A model generated the notes under the pieces. It saw nothing but the letters and a program-made list of their open reading frames with translations, was not told the origin of the DNA and did not search any database. The position numbers and the translations under genes were made by a program. From Anaeramoeba ignava BMAN (taxonomy: Eukaryota; Protista; Anaeramoebae): a stretch of DNA of 64,000 bases. The DNA lies in the NCBI GenBank assembly GCA_028826165.1, contig JAPDFW010000087.1, forward strand, positions 186,001 to 250,000, read 5' to 3'. Every line of letters starts with the position of its first letter. The stretch's first letter is position 1. This document shows, one piece after another, positions 26,119-37,689 of this stretch.

Positions 26119-29100
26119 ATGAATTCAGAACTTGATAAAAAAGTTGAAGAAGATATTAGAGAAACTTGGAATGAACTTAGAAGAAAAGTTCTTGAAGATG
26201 AAATTGAAAAAAGATCTTTCTTTCCAAAATTAAAAATAAGAAATATTATGTTAATGAATGAAAAAGTTCATGTACAAACAACAAAATTAAATATAAATAT
26301 AAATATAAATATAATTATAAATATAAATATAAATATAAATATAAATATAAATATAAATATAAATATAAATATAAATATAAATATAAATATAAATATAAAT
26401 ATAAATATAAATATAAATATAAATCTAAATATAAATATAAATATAAATAAATATAAAATATAAATAAAATATAAATCAAAATATAAATATAAATAAATAA
26501 AAAATAATATAAATAAATATAAAAAATAAAATAAAATAAATATAAATATAAATATAAATATAAATATAAATATAAATATAAATATAAATATAAATATAAA
26601 TATAAATATAAATATAAATATAAAATAAATATAAAATAAATATAAATATAAATAAATATATATAAATATAAATATAAATATAAATATAAATATAAATATA
26701 AATATAAATATAAATATAAATATAAATATAAATATAAATATAAATATAAATATAAATATAAATATAAATATATATAAATATAAAAAATATAAAATATAAA
26801 ATATAAAATAAAATAAAAATAAATATAAAATATATAAATATAAATAAATATAAATATAAATATAAATATAAATATAATAAATATAAATATAAATATAAAT
26901 ATAAATATAAATATAAATATAAATATAAATAAATAATATAAATATAAATATAAATATAAATATAAATATCAATATAAATATAAATATAAATATAAATATT
27001 TAAAATATAAATATAAATATAAACATAAATCAAAATATAAATCAAAATATAAATCAAAATATAAATATAAATATAAATATAAAAATAAATATAAATATAA
27101 ATATAAATATAAATATAAATATAAATATAAATATATAAATATAAATATAAATATAAATATAAATATAAATATAAATATAAATATAAATATAAATATAAAT
27201 ATAAATATAATGAGGGTTTAGTTCTCTGGAGGTGAGAGACTAAGAAAATTATTTTTTTCGAATTTTAGAAAAGGGCAATCATATAATTCAACACTCTTTT
27301 CTATCTTGTGCCCGGTAATTTGCATTATCTTGCGAACCGGTACTTTATGATTAGCTAAAATAGTTACACTTGTTATCCTCAATGACTGTAACGACACTCG
27401 GCGATCAATTCCAGCTTTTTTCACAATATCCTTAAAAAAGTGGTCAATTTGTTGTAACCCATCGGTGAATTCTTGTATGGCTTTGTCGCATTCACACAAT
27501 CATTGATCGATAAGAAAAATCTCTTATGATTGTTCTCGATACGTTTTTTCAAATAGTTTAGGATGACTTGAATTCCATCTGTATCATATATGCGATTAAT
27601 CTGAGCTTTTTTCCTTCCTCTTTTTTAGCCCTCTTTGTCGGTTCTTCATCGTGAATTGAGTCACTTCAAAAAATTCTTTTTGATCCGAGTCTAATTTAAG
27701 GTGCACATGTTTCACCTTCAATCGGTGATATCGTCCGCCATATAAAGCACAAAATTTGCCAATAATCATCAATACTTTACAAATCAAATCTGAGGGTTGA
27801 TCTTCATTTAATAATTGATACACTTGATCGAATTCTGCTTGATTTAATCCTTCAAAAGATTGGACCTCTGCTTTTCCTTTAACTGCTAATTCCTTCATTC
27901 TTGTATCTACGACTGATTGAAATGAAGAGAATTCATCGGACCGAAGAAAATCGCGAATTGGCAAATTGAGAGCTTTTGAGTTCTTCTGTATTTTTTGCAA
28001 TTTTCTTCCTCTTCTTGATCTTTTCATAATTTTCTAAATAAATCATTGGAATGCCAGAATCTTATTGCAAGAAATCGCTTCCATTATCAAAAGCGTGCAC
28101 AAATACTGCAAGCGTTTGATCATTGAAAATTTCAATTTTTTTTTTAAGAATAGTGCTTTGGCTTTTATTGGCCAACCCTCTTCGCTCTCTCTTTCATTAT
28201 TTCGTTCATAAATTAGGTTAAGCTTTTAAAGGATTCTTGTTTTTTGGTTGCATTGTTTATGATCACATTGAGGTCTCTTTCGTTTCAAATTTTGTGGGGT
28301 CTGATCTGATCATATTGTGGGAATTTGAGTAAAACATTTTTTAGGTTTTCCTTGGTTTCGTCGCAGAAGGGACAGTTAATTTCAATTTTTTTGTTAAAAT
28401 GATAGAAAAAAATTATTAAGATATTTGCCCAAATGAATAAGAATAAAATTTCAAATTTTGTCAAAGAGGAAAAATCCCTTTTATTTCCTTCTGTTGAAAA
28501 AATTTGAGTTCGGAAAAGATTTTTTTAAAAAAAAATTGAAAAAAAATCAATCAAGAATTTGAAAGTCACTTTCTTGTAAAGATCGTTTAAGATGAGAAGG
28601 AATGCAAATTTATTTAAATTGACACATTTTGAGCAAATAAGGGTGCCGGCTCTCAAGGGTTCAAAAGCCTCGATTTTTTTATTGAAAATTTTCAGCCCAG
28701 AATCACTAAAATATAAATAATATAAATATAAATATAAATAATATAAATATAAATATAAATAATATAAATATAAATATAAATATAAATATAAATATAAATA
28801 TAAATATAAATATAAATATAAATATAAATATAAATATAAATATAAATCAAAATATAAATATAAATATAAATATAAATCAAAATATAAATATAAATATAAA
28901 ATCAAAATATAAATATAAATATAAATATAAATATAAATCAAAATATAAATATAAATATATAAATATAAATATAAATATAAATATAAATATAAATATAAAT
29001 ATATAAATATAAATATAAATATAAATCTAAATATAAATATAAATATAAATATAAATATAAATATAAATATAAATATAAATATAAATATAAATATAAATAT

Positions 29101-29394
29101 AAATATAAATATAAATATAAATATAAATTTAAATTTCATTTTAAATTTCATCTTAAAAAATATTAGTTCATTTCAAATGAAGTTCCTCATGTTATTTCAA
29201 AAGCAACTGAATTTTTTATTACTGAATTAACAAGAAGAGCTTGGTTTGAATCACAAATTTTTCAAAGAAAAACAATAAAACCTGAAGATATTGCAACTGG
29301 AGCAACTAAATCTGAAATATTTGATTTTTTAATAGATTTTTTACCAGAAGATTTAAATGTTGATTTTGAAAAAGATGATATAAATTTAAATTAA
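26119..29394 (+). CDS. NFYC: NF-YC/HAP5-type histone-fold protein; exons 26119-26271 and 29167-29394, separated by a 2.9-kb intron
   Basis: Spliced product [17 protein letters not shown]|[26 protein letters not shown]...[27 protein letters not shown] matches the NF-YC histone fold (FITELTLRAW...FDFLIDIVP). Confidence 0.88.
26288..27210. repeat. (AAATAT)n microsatellite, left part of the NF-YC intron
   Basis: Visible hexamer repeat. Confidence 0.95.
27211..28707 (-). mobile_element. Degenerate Crypton-like tyrosine-recombinase element inserted in the intronic microsatellite
   Basis: GC-richer 1.5-kb island with sharp edges in (AAATAT)n. Fragments read [35 protein letters not shown]...RFFL (intervening frame) and QSLRITSVT...[16 protein letters not shown], i.e. 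YR box II (HxxR...TGH...Y). At least two frameshifts. Confidence 0.8.
28708..29130. repeat. (AAATAT)n microsatellite, right part of the NF-YC intron
   Basis: The same hexamer resumes after the element. Confidence 0.95.
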
Positions 29395-29572
29395 ACAAAA
29401 AAAATGATTTGTTATTTATTTTTTTTTTGTTATTTTTGAAAGCAATAAAAATGATCAATTAAAAAAATTAAAAAATTAAATTAAAAATTTCATTTTTTTC
29501 CTTTTTATTTTACTTTAATTTTACTTTAATTTACTTTAATTTACTTTAATTTTGCTTTAATTTACTTTAATT

Positions 29573-32049
29573 ATGTCTGGTATTGATGTAAGAAAAATTA
29601 ACTAAAAATAAAAAATTAACTAAAAATTAAAAATTAAAAATAAAAATTAAAAAAATTAAAAAAAAAAAGGATAAAGAAATTTATTGTGAAGGTTGGGGAG
29701 TTAAAGAAGGACATTTTGTGAAATCTTGGCAACGCAGATTCTTTGTTTTAAGAGGTTACACAGTTTTATATTTTAGCAACAAACCTGTTCATGCAGTAAA
29801 TATAAATTTAATTATAAATATAATTATAAATTTAATTATAAATTTAATTATAAATTTAATTATAAATTTAATTATAAATTTAATTATAAATTTAATTATA
29901 ATTTTAATTATAAATTTGTTTATAAATTTGTTTATAAATTTAATTATAAATTTAATTATAAATTTAATTATAAATTTAATTATAAATTTAATTATAAATT
30001 TAATTATAAATTTAATTATAAATTTAATTATAAATTTAATTATAAATTTAATTATAAATTTTATTATAAATTTTATTATAAATTAAATTATAAATTTAAT
30101 TATAAATTTTATTATAAATTAAATTATAAATATAATTATAAATTTTATTATAAATTTTATTATAAATTAAATTATAAATTTAATTATAAATTTTATTATA
30201 AATTAAATTATAAATTTTATTATAAATTAAATTATAAATTTAATTATAAATATAATTATAAATTTAATTATAAATTTAATTATAAATTTTAAAATAATTT
30301 AATTATAAATTTGTTTATAAATTTAATTATAAATATAATTATAAATTTAAATTATAAATATAAATATAAATTTAATTTTATTTATAAATTTAATTATAAA
30401 TATAAATATAAATTTAATTATAAATTTAATTATAAATTTAATTATAAATTTAATTATAAAATTATAAATTTAATTATAAATTTAATTATAAATTTAATTA
30501 TAAATTTAATAAATTATAAATTTAATTATAAATTTAATTATAAATTTAATTATAAATTTAATTATAAATTTAATTATAAATATAATTATAAAATTTAATT
30601 ATAAATATAATTATAAATTTAATTATAAATATAATTATAAAATAAAATATAATTAATTATAAATTTAATTATAAATTTAATTATTTGTAAATATAAATTT
30701 AATTAAAAATTATAATTATAAATTATAATTATAAATTTAATTATAAATTTAATTATAATATTTATATAAATTCGATTATAAATTTAATTATAAATTTAAT
30801 TATAAATTTAATTATAAATTTAAATATAAATTTAAATTTATAATTATAAATTTAATTATAAATTTAATTATAAATATAATTTATAAATTATAAATATAAT
30901 TATAAATTTAATTATAAATTTATAATTATAAATATAATTATAAATATAATTATAAATATAATTATAAATTTAATTATAAATATAATTATAAATATAATTA
31001 TAAATTAAATTATAAATATAATTATAAATTTAATTATAAATTTAATTATAAATTTAATTATAAATTTAATTATAAATTTAATTATAAATTTAATTATAAA
31101 TTTAATTATAAATTTAATTATAAATATAATTATAAATTTAATTATAAATTTAATTATAAATTTAATTATAAATTTAAATATAAATTTAAATATAAATTTT
31201 ATAATAATTTAATTATAAATTAAATTATAAATTTAATTATAAATTTAATTATAAATTTAATTATAAATTTAATTATAAATTTAATTATAAATTTAATTAT
31301 AAATAATTTAATTATAAATTTTAAAATAATTTAATTATAAATTAAATTTAGACAAGTGGGAATATTGTTGGAACACCAAAAGGTTCATTCAATGTTTACA
31401 AAGCAAACATCAAAATTATCAAGAACAAAAAGAAAAAAAAGAAAGCAAATTGTTTAAAAATTAAATTAATAAAAGGGGTAAAATATTACATAGCATTTCC
31501 ATCAGAAGACGAAGTAGAATCCTGGAGATACATAATAAAAAGAGTATCAAAAGGAGAAAAACCACCAAAAGTGAACGAAATTAACGAGCACAAAAAGCAG
31601 AGAAAAATGATGAAACATCCTCAAATGAATCAACCTCAAATGATGAATCAACAAACTTATCAACAGCAGCAAATGATGTATCAACAACCACAAATGATGT
31701 ATTCAAATCCAAATCAAATGATGTATTCAAATCCAAATCCAAATCAAATGATGTATTCAAATCAAAATCAAAATCAAATGATGTATTCAAATCCAAATCA
31801 AAATCAAATGATGTATTCAAATCAAAATCAAATGATGTTTCAAAATCAAAATCCAAAATCCAAATCCAACTCAAAATCAAATGATGTTTCCAAAATCCAA
31901 ATCAAAATTCAAATCCAACTCAAAATCAAATGATGTTCCAAAATCCAAATCAAGATCAAAGTCAAAATCAAAATCAATCTCTTTATCCTCAAATGATTTC
32001 TATAACTCCAATGGTTCCTCCTGAAGATCCAACCGAACAAAACAATTAA
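29573..32049 (+). CDS. PH-domain protein with Q/M/N/P-rich tail; exons 29573-29587, 29670-29795, 31352-32049 (apparent 1-nt frameshift near 31850)
   Basis: EGWGVKEGHFVKSWQRRFFVLRG...LYF|...PKGSF...YYIAFPSEDEVESWRYII is a canonical PH domain; the tail has QMMYSNPN repeats. Confidence 0.85.
29800..31345. repeat. 12-bp satellite (ATAAATTTAATT)n filling PH-gene intron 2
   Basis: Visible repeat between donor 29796 and acceptor 31351. Confidence 0.95.
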
Positions 32050-32267
32050 TTTCAATTTCTTTCAATTTCTTTCAATTTCTTTCAATTTCTTTTTTTTGAA
32101 TTTTTTTGAATTTTTTTGAATTTTTTTCCCTAATTCTTCATTTTCTTTTTTCTTATCTATCTTTTATTTCTTTTTCAATTAAATCAATTTAAATCAAATC
32201 AAATAAAAAATCCAAAATCATTTTTTCATTTTTTCATTCATTTTTTCTTTTTAATAAATAAATAAAA

Positions 32268-35200
32268 ATGAATTTGGAACAATTAATTAACAAAAAAGAT
32301 TTAAAATCAATTCAAAAATTCTTTTCTGATAATAAAAATCTTGATAAAGTTAATAATTAATTAATTTTATTTATCATTTTAATTATCATTTTATTTTTTT
32401 TTCTAAATATTAAAAAAGTTGGAAAAAGCTTTTGAAATTGCTTTTAAAGAAACTTTTGAAGATAATTCAATTATTGATTATTTACTTAGTATCACTCAAA
32501 AAATTTCTGTAAGTAAAAAAAAAATTAATAAAATTTTAATTGTAAATTTTTTAATATTTTTTTTTGAAATTTTGAAAAGTTTAATATTTTGCAATTTGCT
32601 TGTTTTTCTCAAAATTTAAAAGCTATTGAAACAATTTTAAATCGAGAAAAAGAAATTTCAAAAGTAAAAATTGATCAATTTAAATTAAAAAAAATTTTAT
32701 AAAATTAATTTTTTTAATCAATTTGTTTTTTAGTTTGAAAAATTAATTTCTCAAAAAAAAGTAAATTATTTTTGAAATAAACAAATTAGGAATTAAAATA
32801 ATTTTTCAATTTAAATTCCCCTTTTTATATTTAGGATGTAAAAAATTTAAATTAAATTTTCTTTTTAAATTTTAAATTTTTTGAATGAAAATTTTATTAT
32901 TTAGCACAATACAATTCTTCATATACTTTTTGATAAGAAAAACTCAATAAATTTGGAAATTCTTGAATTATTATATAAACATGGTTGTGAAATTGAAGTT
33001 GAAAATGTAAGAATAAAGTAAATAAAAATAATTTGGATTAAATTTAAATAAATATATTTTTAGAAAGTAAATTCTTATTTAAAAATAAGAGAAAATATGG
33101 GAATTAAAGAGAAAAAAAATAATTTTAGTTAGTATTTAATTTGAATTTTAAATTTGGAATTGAATTTAATTTGGATTTTAAATTTGGAATTGAATTTAAT
33201 TTGAATTTTAAATTTGGAATTGAATTTAATTTGAAATTGAATTTAATTTGAATTTTAAATTTGAAATTGAATTTGATTTGGATTTTAAATTTGGAATTGA
33301 ATTTAATTTGAATTTTAAATTTGGAATTGAATTTAATTTGAATTTTAAATTTGGAATTGAATTTAATTTGAATTTTAAATTTGGAATTGAATTTAATTTG
33401 GAATTGAATTTAATTTGGAATTGAATTTAATTTGAATTTAATTTGAATTTTAAATTTGGAATTGAATTTAATTTGAATTTTAAATTTGAAATTGAATTTA
33501 ATTTGAATTTTAAATTTGAAATTGAATTTGATTTGAATTTTAAATTTGGAATTGAATTTAATTTGAATTTAATTTGAATTTTAAATTTGGAATTGAATTT
33601 AATTTGGATTTAATTTGGAATTTAAATTTGGAATTGAATTTAATTTGGAATTGAATTTAATTTGGAATTGAATTTAATTTGAATTTAATTTGAATTTTAA
33701 ATTTGGAATTGAATTTAAATTTGGAATTGAATTAAATTTGAAATTGAATTTAATTTGGAATTTAAATTTGGAATTGAATTAAAATTGAATTTAATTTGGA
33801 ATTGAATTTAATTTGAATTTTAAATTTGGAATTGAATTTAATTTGAATTTTAAATTTGGAATTGAATTTAATTTGAATTTAATTTGGAATTTAAATTTGG
33901 AATTGAATTTAATTTGGAATTGAATTTAATTTGGAATTGAATTTGATTTGGATTTAATTTGAATTTTAAATAGTGTTTAACACCTTTACATCTTGCTTGT
34001 AAAAATCAATACACTATTGAAATCATTTCATTTTTAGTTAATTCTGGTTCAAATATTAATGCAAAAGATGTATTTATTAAATTTATTAATTTTAAAATAA
34101 ATTAATTTTAAATCAAAAAAAAAATAAGATTGTATTTTTATTTTCATAAAGTTTATAAAGAATTTATTTTATAACAATTTTAAAAAAAAAAGAAAGTAAA
34201 TTTGTTTTTAGTTTGTGATTATTTAAATGAAAAATTCTCAAAATAAAAACTTATTTTTAAAAGGATAATACTCCTTTGCATTTCGTTTGTGAAAATAAAC
34301 CAATTCAAACTAATGTTTTAGAATTTTTACTTTCAAAAGGAGCTGATCCAAATATTAAGAATGTAAATTTCAAAAAAAAAAAGAAAAAAGAAAAAAATAT
34401 TTGATTGATTAATTTTTTTATTTAGTTTGTAAAATTTTTCATCATTTAAAAAAGAATAATTTGATAGTTAATAATTTTGTTTCTTTGATTTTAGGATGTA
34501 ATCTTAAAATTATTATTAAATAATTTGAATAAAATTTATGATCCACTTCTTTCTTTCTAGAGAGTTTCGCCAATATTTTTAGCTTGTCAGAAAAATGATT
34601 ATAATTCAATAAAAATGTTAGTTGATAACGGAGCTCATTCATATTTTATTTCAGTAATTAAATTCTTTGATTGTAATTAATTAATTATTTATTTATTTAA
34701 TTAATTAAATTTAGAAAGTAAAAATTGATTTATTTTTATGAAAAATGGAAATTTAAATTTAAAATAATTAGGATGTAAAAAAATCAAAAAGGGAAATAGA
34801 TTTAATTGAATTTTATTCGTTTATAAATTTTGTTTTTGTTTTTGTTTTTGGAATTATAGTTAAGAAATGTTTTCCATTTTTGTGATTCAAAAAATATAGA
34901 ATGGAAAACAATTGAATTATTAATAAATTCTGGAGCTAATCCACATTTTGCAGATGTATCACTTTTATTCATTATTTATTTATTATTTGCTTAAATTTTT
35001 TTTTTTTGAAAAGGTTGTAAAATTTGAAAAGAAATTGAATTAAAAGATAAATTTGGAATTAAAAATCAATATATAAAAAAGTATGTAAAATTTATAAAAT
35101 CAAGAATTGTAAAATGAATAATATTAACTATAAAAATTAATAGGGAAGAGTATTTATTGAATCTTTCCCAAATTTAAAAGAACGAGTAAAATCCTTATAT

Positions 35201-35842
35201 TCTATTGTTGAGGATATGAAAAAACTCTTCACATCTCAAGTTTTAACAGATCTTGAAATCCCAACTTTGAATGGGAATATTAAGGCACACAAATTGATTC
35301 TTTCAAAAAGAATTGGAGAATCATTAATGGAAAAAGCAATGGAAGTTTTTGAACAAGAATCAAAAACAGAAGTGTGGAATTTTTTGATTTTTATTTATTC
35401 AGGAAGTTATGAAAATTTTATGGAAATTAAGAAAATGGCACAAAAAATTGGAATGAAAAATTTAAATTCAATGTTTTCAAAAGCTTCTGTTTTAAAGTTT
35501 CTCAAGCAATTATATGGAGATGATGAATCAAAAGATTTTGAAATTTCAACAGATGAAGGAAGTATTCGAGTTCATAAATTAATAATGGCTGCGAGAAGCG
35601 ATTTGTATAACGGAATGTTTTTGAATGTTGAAGATGATTCGAATCGAGTTAAAGATTATAGTGGTAGATCTCATAAAGCTATTTTTCAAGTTATTAAGTT
35701 TATTTATTGTGATAATTTGGATGATGATTTGTCTCAAGATATTATTTCAGAACTCAAAGATGTAGTTGAATATTATCAATTTAATTCCAATTCTTATTTT
35801 TCATTTATTTTGGAAGATCTTGAAGAAAAGCAAAAAAAATAA
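32268..35842 (+). CDS. Ankyrin-repeat tandem-BTB protein (499 aa predicted), 21 exons: 32268-32348, 32419-32508, 32580-32663, 32734-32760, 32835-32837, 32905-33006, 33064-33066, 33129-33131, 33974-34069, 34129-34131, 34193-34195, 34264-34362, 34426-34428, 34495-34497, 34561-34653, 34715-34717, 34772-34774, 34860-34955, 35014-35016, 35082-35084, 35144-35842
   Basis: All 20 introns are GT-AG and phase 0, and 19 are 54-85 nt. The spliced frame is stop-free, restores canonical ankyrin spacing (e.g. NAKD-I-K-DNTPLH), and runs into the BTB ORF 35216-35842 (VHKLIMAARSDLYNGMFLNV). Confidence 0.88.
32835..35084 (+). other. Eleven single-codon (3-nt) micro-exons: GAT 32835, AAA 33064, TTA 33129, ATT 34129, AAA 34193, TTT 34426, GAT 34495, AAA 34715, GAT 34772, GTT 35014, TAT 35082
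   Basis: Each reads AG-NNN-GTA, lies 54-74 nt after the previous donor, is a sense codon, and falls at the ankyrin D-x-x-G positions. Confidence 0.85.
33135..33970. repeat. Composite (TTGGAATTGAATTTAAT...)n satellite filling the 842-nt intron after micro-exon TTA
   Basis: Visible repeat; I saw no internal AG or GT on the sense strand. Confidence 0.9.
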
Positions 35843-35942
35843 AAATAATAAGAAAAAGAAAAAAATTTTTTTTTTTGATCCACTTTTTTTATAAATAATA
35901 AAAATAATAAAAATAATAAAAAGAAACTAAAACTTAATTCAT

Positions 35943-37521
35943 TCAATTTTGCCATTTCCATAACATTTCACTATTTTCAACTTCAAGCATTTCTTTTGTT
36001 CGAAAATCCAAAACTTTTGCTTCACCAGCATTTGAAGTAGCCAATAAAACACCATCACGAAATTCAACCGATAAAACCCAAGTATTTCTTTCGAATTCCT
36101 TAAAAGTATGAACAGGGCCAGCAGAGAGTTTTCTTCTATCCCAAACCTTGATTGTTGAATCAAAACTAGAAGTGACAAGAACATCAGAATCAAATTGCAA
36201 ATAAGAAACGGTACTTTGATGACCTCTCAAGACATCGATACATCTTTTTGAAGAACGAAGATCCCAGACACGGCAAGTATTATCATATCCACCACTGATA
36301 ATAATATCACCATCATATTGCAACGTGGAAATTGGACGTTCATGACCAACAAGAAGATCAACTTCTTTTTCTGTTTGGATGTTCCACCATCTGAGTGCTG
36401 TATCACGAGAGCCAGTAATCAATCTATCTCCAACATAATCAAGTGCCCAAATGCTATCCGAGTGATGGATAATTCCTTTTGTTTTGTGAGTAGTTATGTC
36501 CCAAATTCTCACATCTGTGTCATATGATCCACTTATGATTTTTTCTTCGTCAAGCTTCATACAAGCAACAGGACCGTGATGTCCCTTGAACACAACTGGA
36601 ACCAAATTGAACTCATCTTTTCTTTCTTCTTCGTTTGCTTCGTTGTTATGATTATTTATGTGATTATTGATGTGATCCAGGTTTATTTTTGCAGATCTTT
36701 TTTGTGTTTGATCATAAAGTTGTTGGAATTTTTTATGTGAAGGCAAGTTGTAAAGATGGATTTCTTGATCTTTTCCTCCACTTACTAATTGGGTTCGTTG
36801 TTTGTTAACATCAAGAGACCAGATTGGGCCTGTATGTGGAGTTGGAAGTGTTAGAACTTTTCTTTTTTTTGATATTTCCCATAATTTTACTGTTCCATCC
36901 CAATTACAAGTTGCATATTGATCGATTCCTGTAAATTTCGCACCATTTACTCCAGGTTGATATCTAATATTTGCAGGTTGTCTATATTTTTGTTTGAACC
37001 ACTTTTAAATTTAAATTTAATTTTAATTTTCAAAATGAATTTTAATTTCAAAATGAATTTTAATTTCAAAATGAATTTTAATTTCAAAATGAATTTTAAT
37101 TTCAAAATGAATTTTAATTTCAAAATGAATTTTAATTTCAAAATGAATTTTAATTTTTTGGTTAGTTCAAAATTAGAAAAAGTGGAAAAAAAAATTTTTT
37201 TTTTTTTAATCTTAATAAATTTAAATTTACTTTTTGTTTCCAAATTGTTCGAAAAATATAATATTTTTTCCAAGATCTAAGTGATGGAGGTGGAACTGGA
37301 ACATTTTCTAAATGTGGATTATGTGATTTAAATAATAATTTCCAAACATAAGGATCATTTGAAATTTCATTAAAAGTTCTTGAAACACTTGATAATTTAA
37401 TTAGATTTTGATCATCAAGAAATTGGAAAATATAAATTATTAATTCTTCAGGAAGTTGAGAAAAATTTCCCATTGTTTCTTGATTTATTTTAAAATTTTT
37501 TTGAGAGTTTTTATTTCCCAT
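35943..37521 (-). CDS. F-box/WD40 protein (Cdc4/FBXW7/beta-TrCP-like); exons 37521-37231 and 37001-35943
   Basis: F-box FSQLPEELIIYIFQFLD...LSSVSRTFNEISNDPYVWK; WD repeats GHHGPV...ISGSYDTDVRIWD and GHERPI...SGGYDNTCRVWD; phase-0 intron containing an 18-bp repeat. Confidence 0.88.
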
Positions 37522-37689
37522 TTAAATTAAAAAAAATTAAAAAAACAAAAATTGAATAATGAAATTAAAAAAATCTAAATAAAAAAAATGGAACAAAAAA
37601 CACGTATTTTAAAAATAAAAATAAAAAAGAAAAAAGAAAAAATTTTTATTTAATCAAAACACGTTTTTTATTTAATTAAAAAAAAAAAA

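Noticed and set aside
27211-28707. Terminal inverted repeats on the YR element (TTTAGT..TCTGG at both ends)
   Set aside because: The match is short and gapped, and the left copy overlaps the ORF end; not distinguishable from chance.
35101-35112. Additional AG-AATT-GT micro-exon candidate
   Set aside because: It is 4 nt (frameshifting) and too close to the previous donor; the repeat register is already complete without it.
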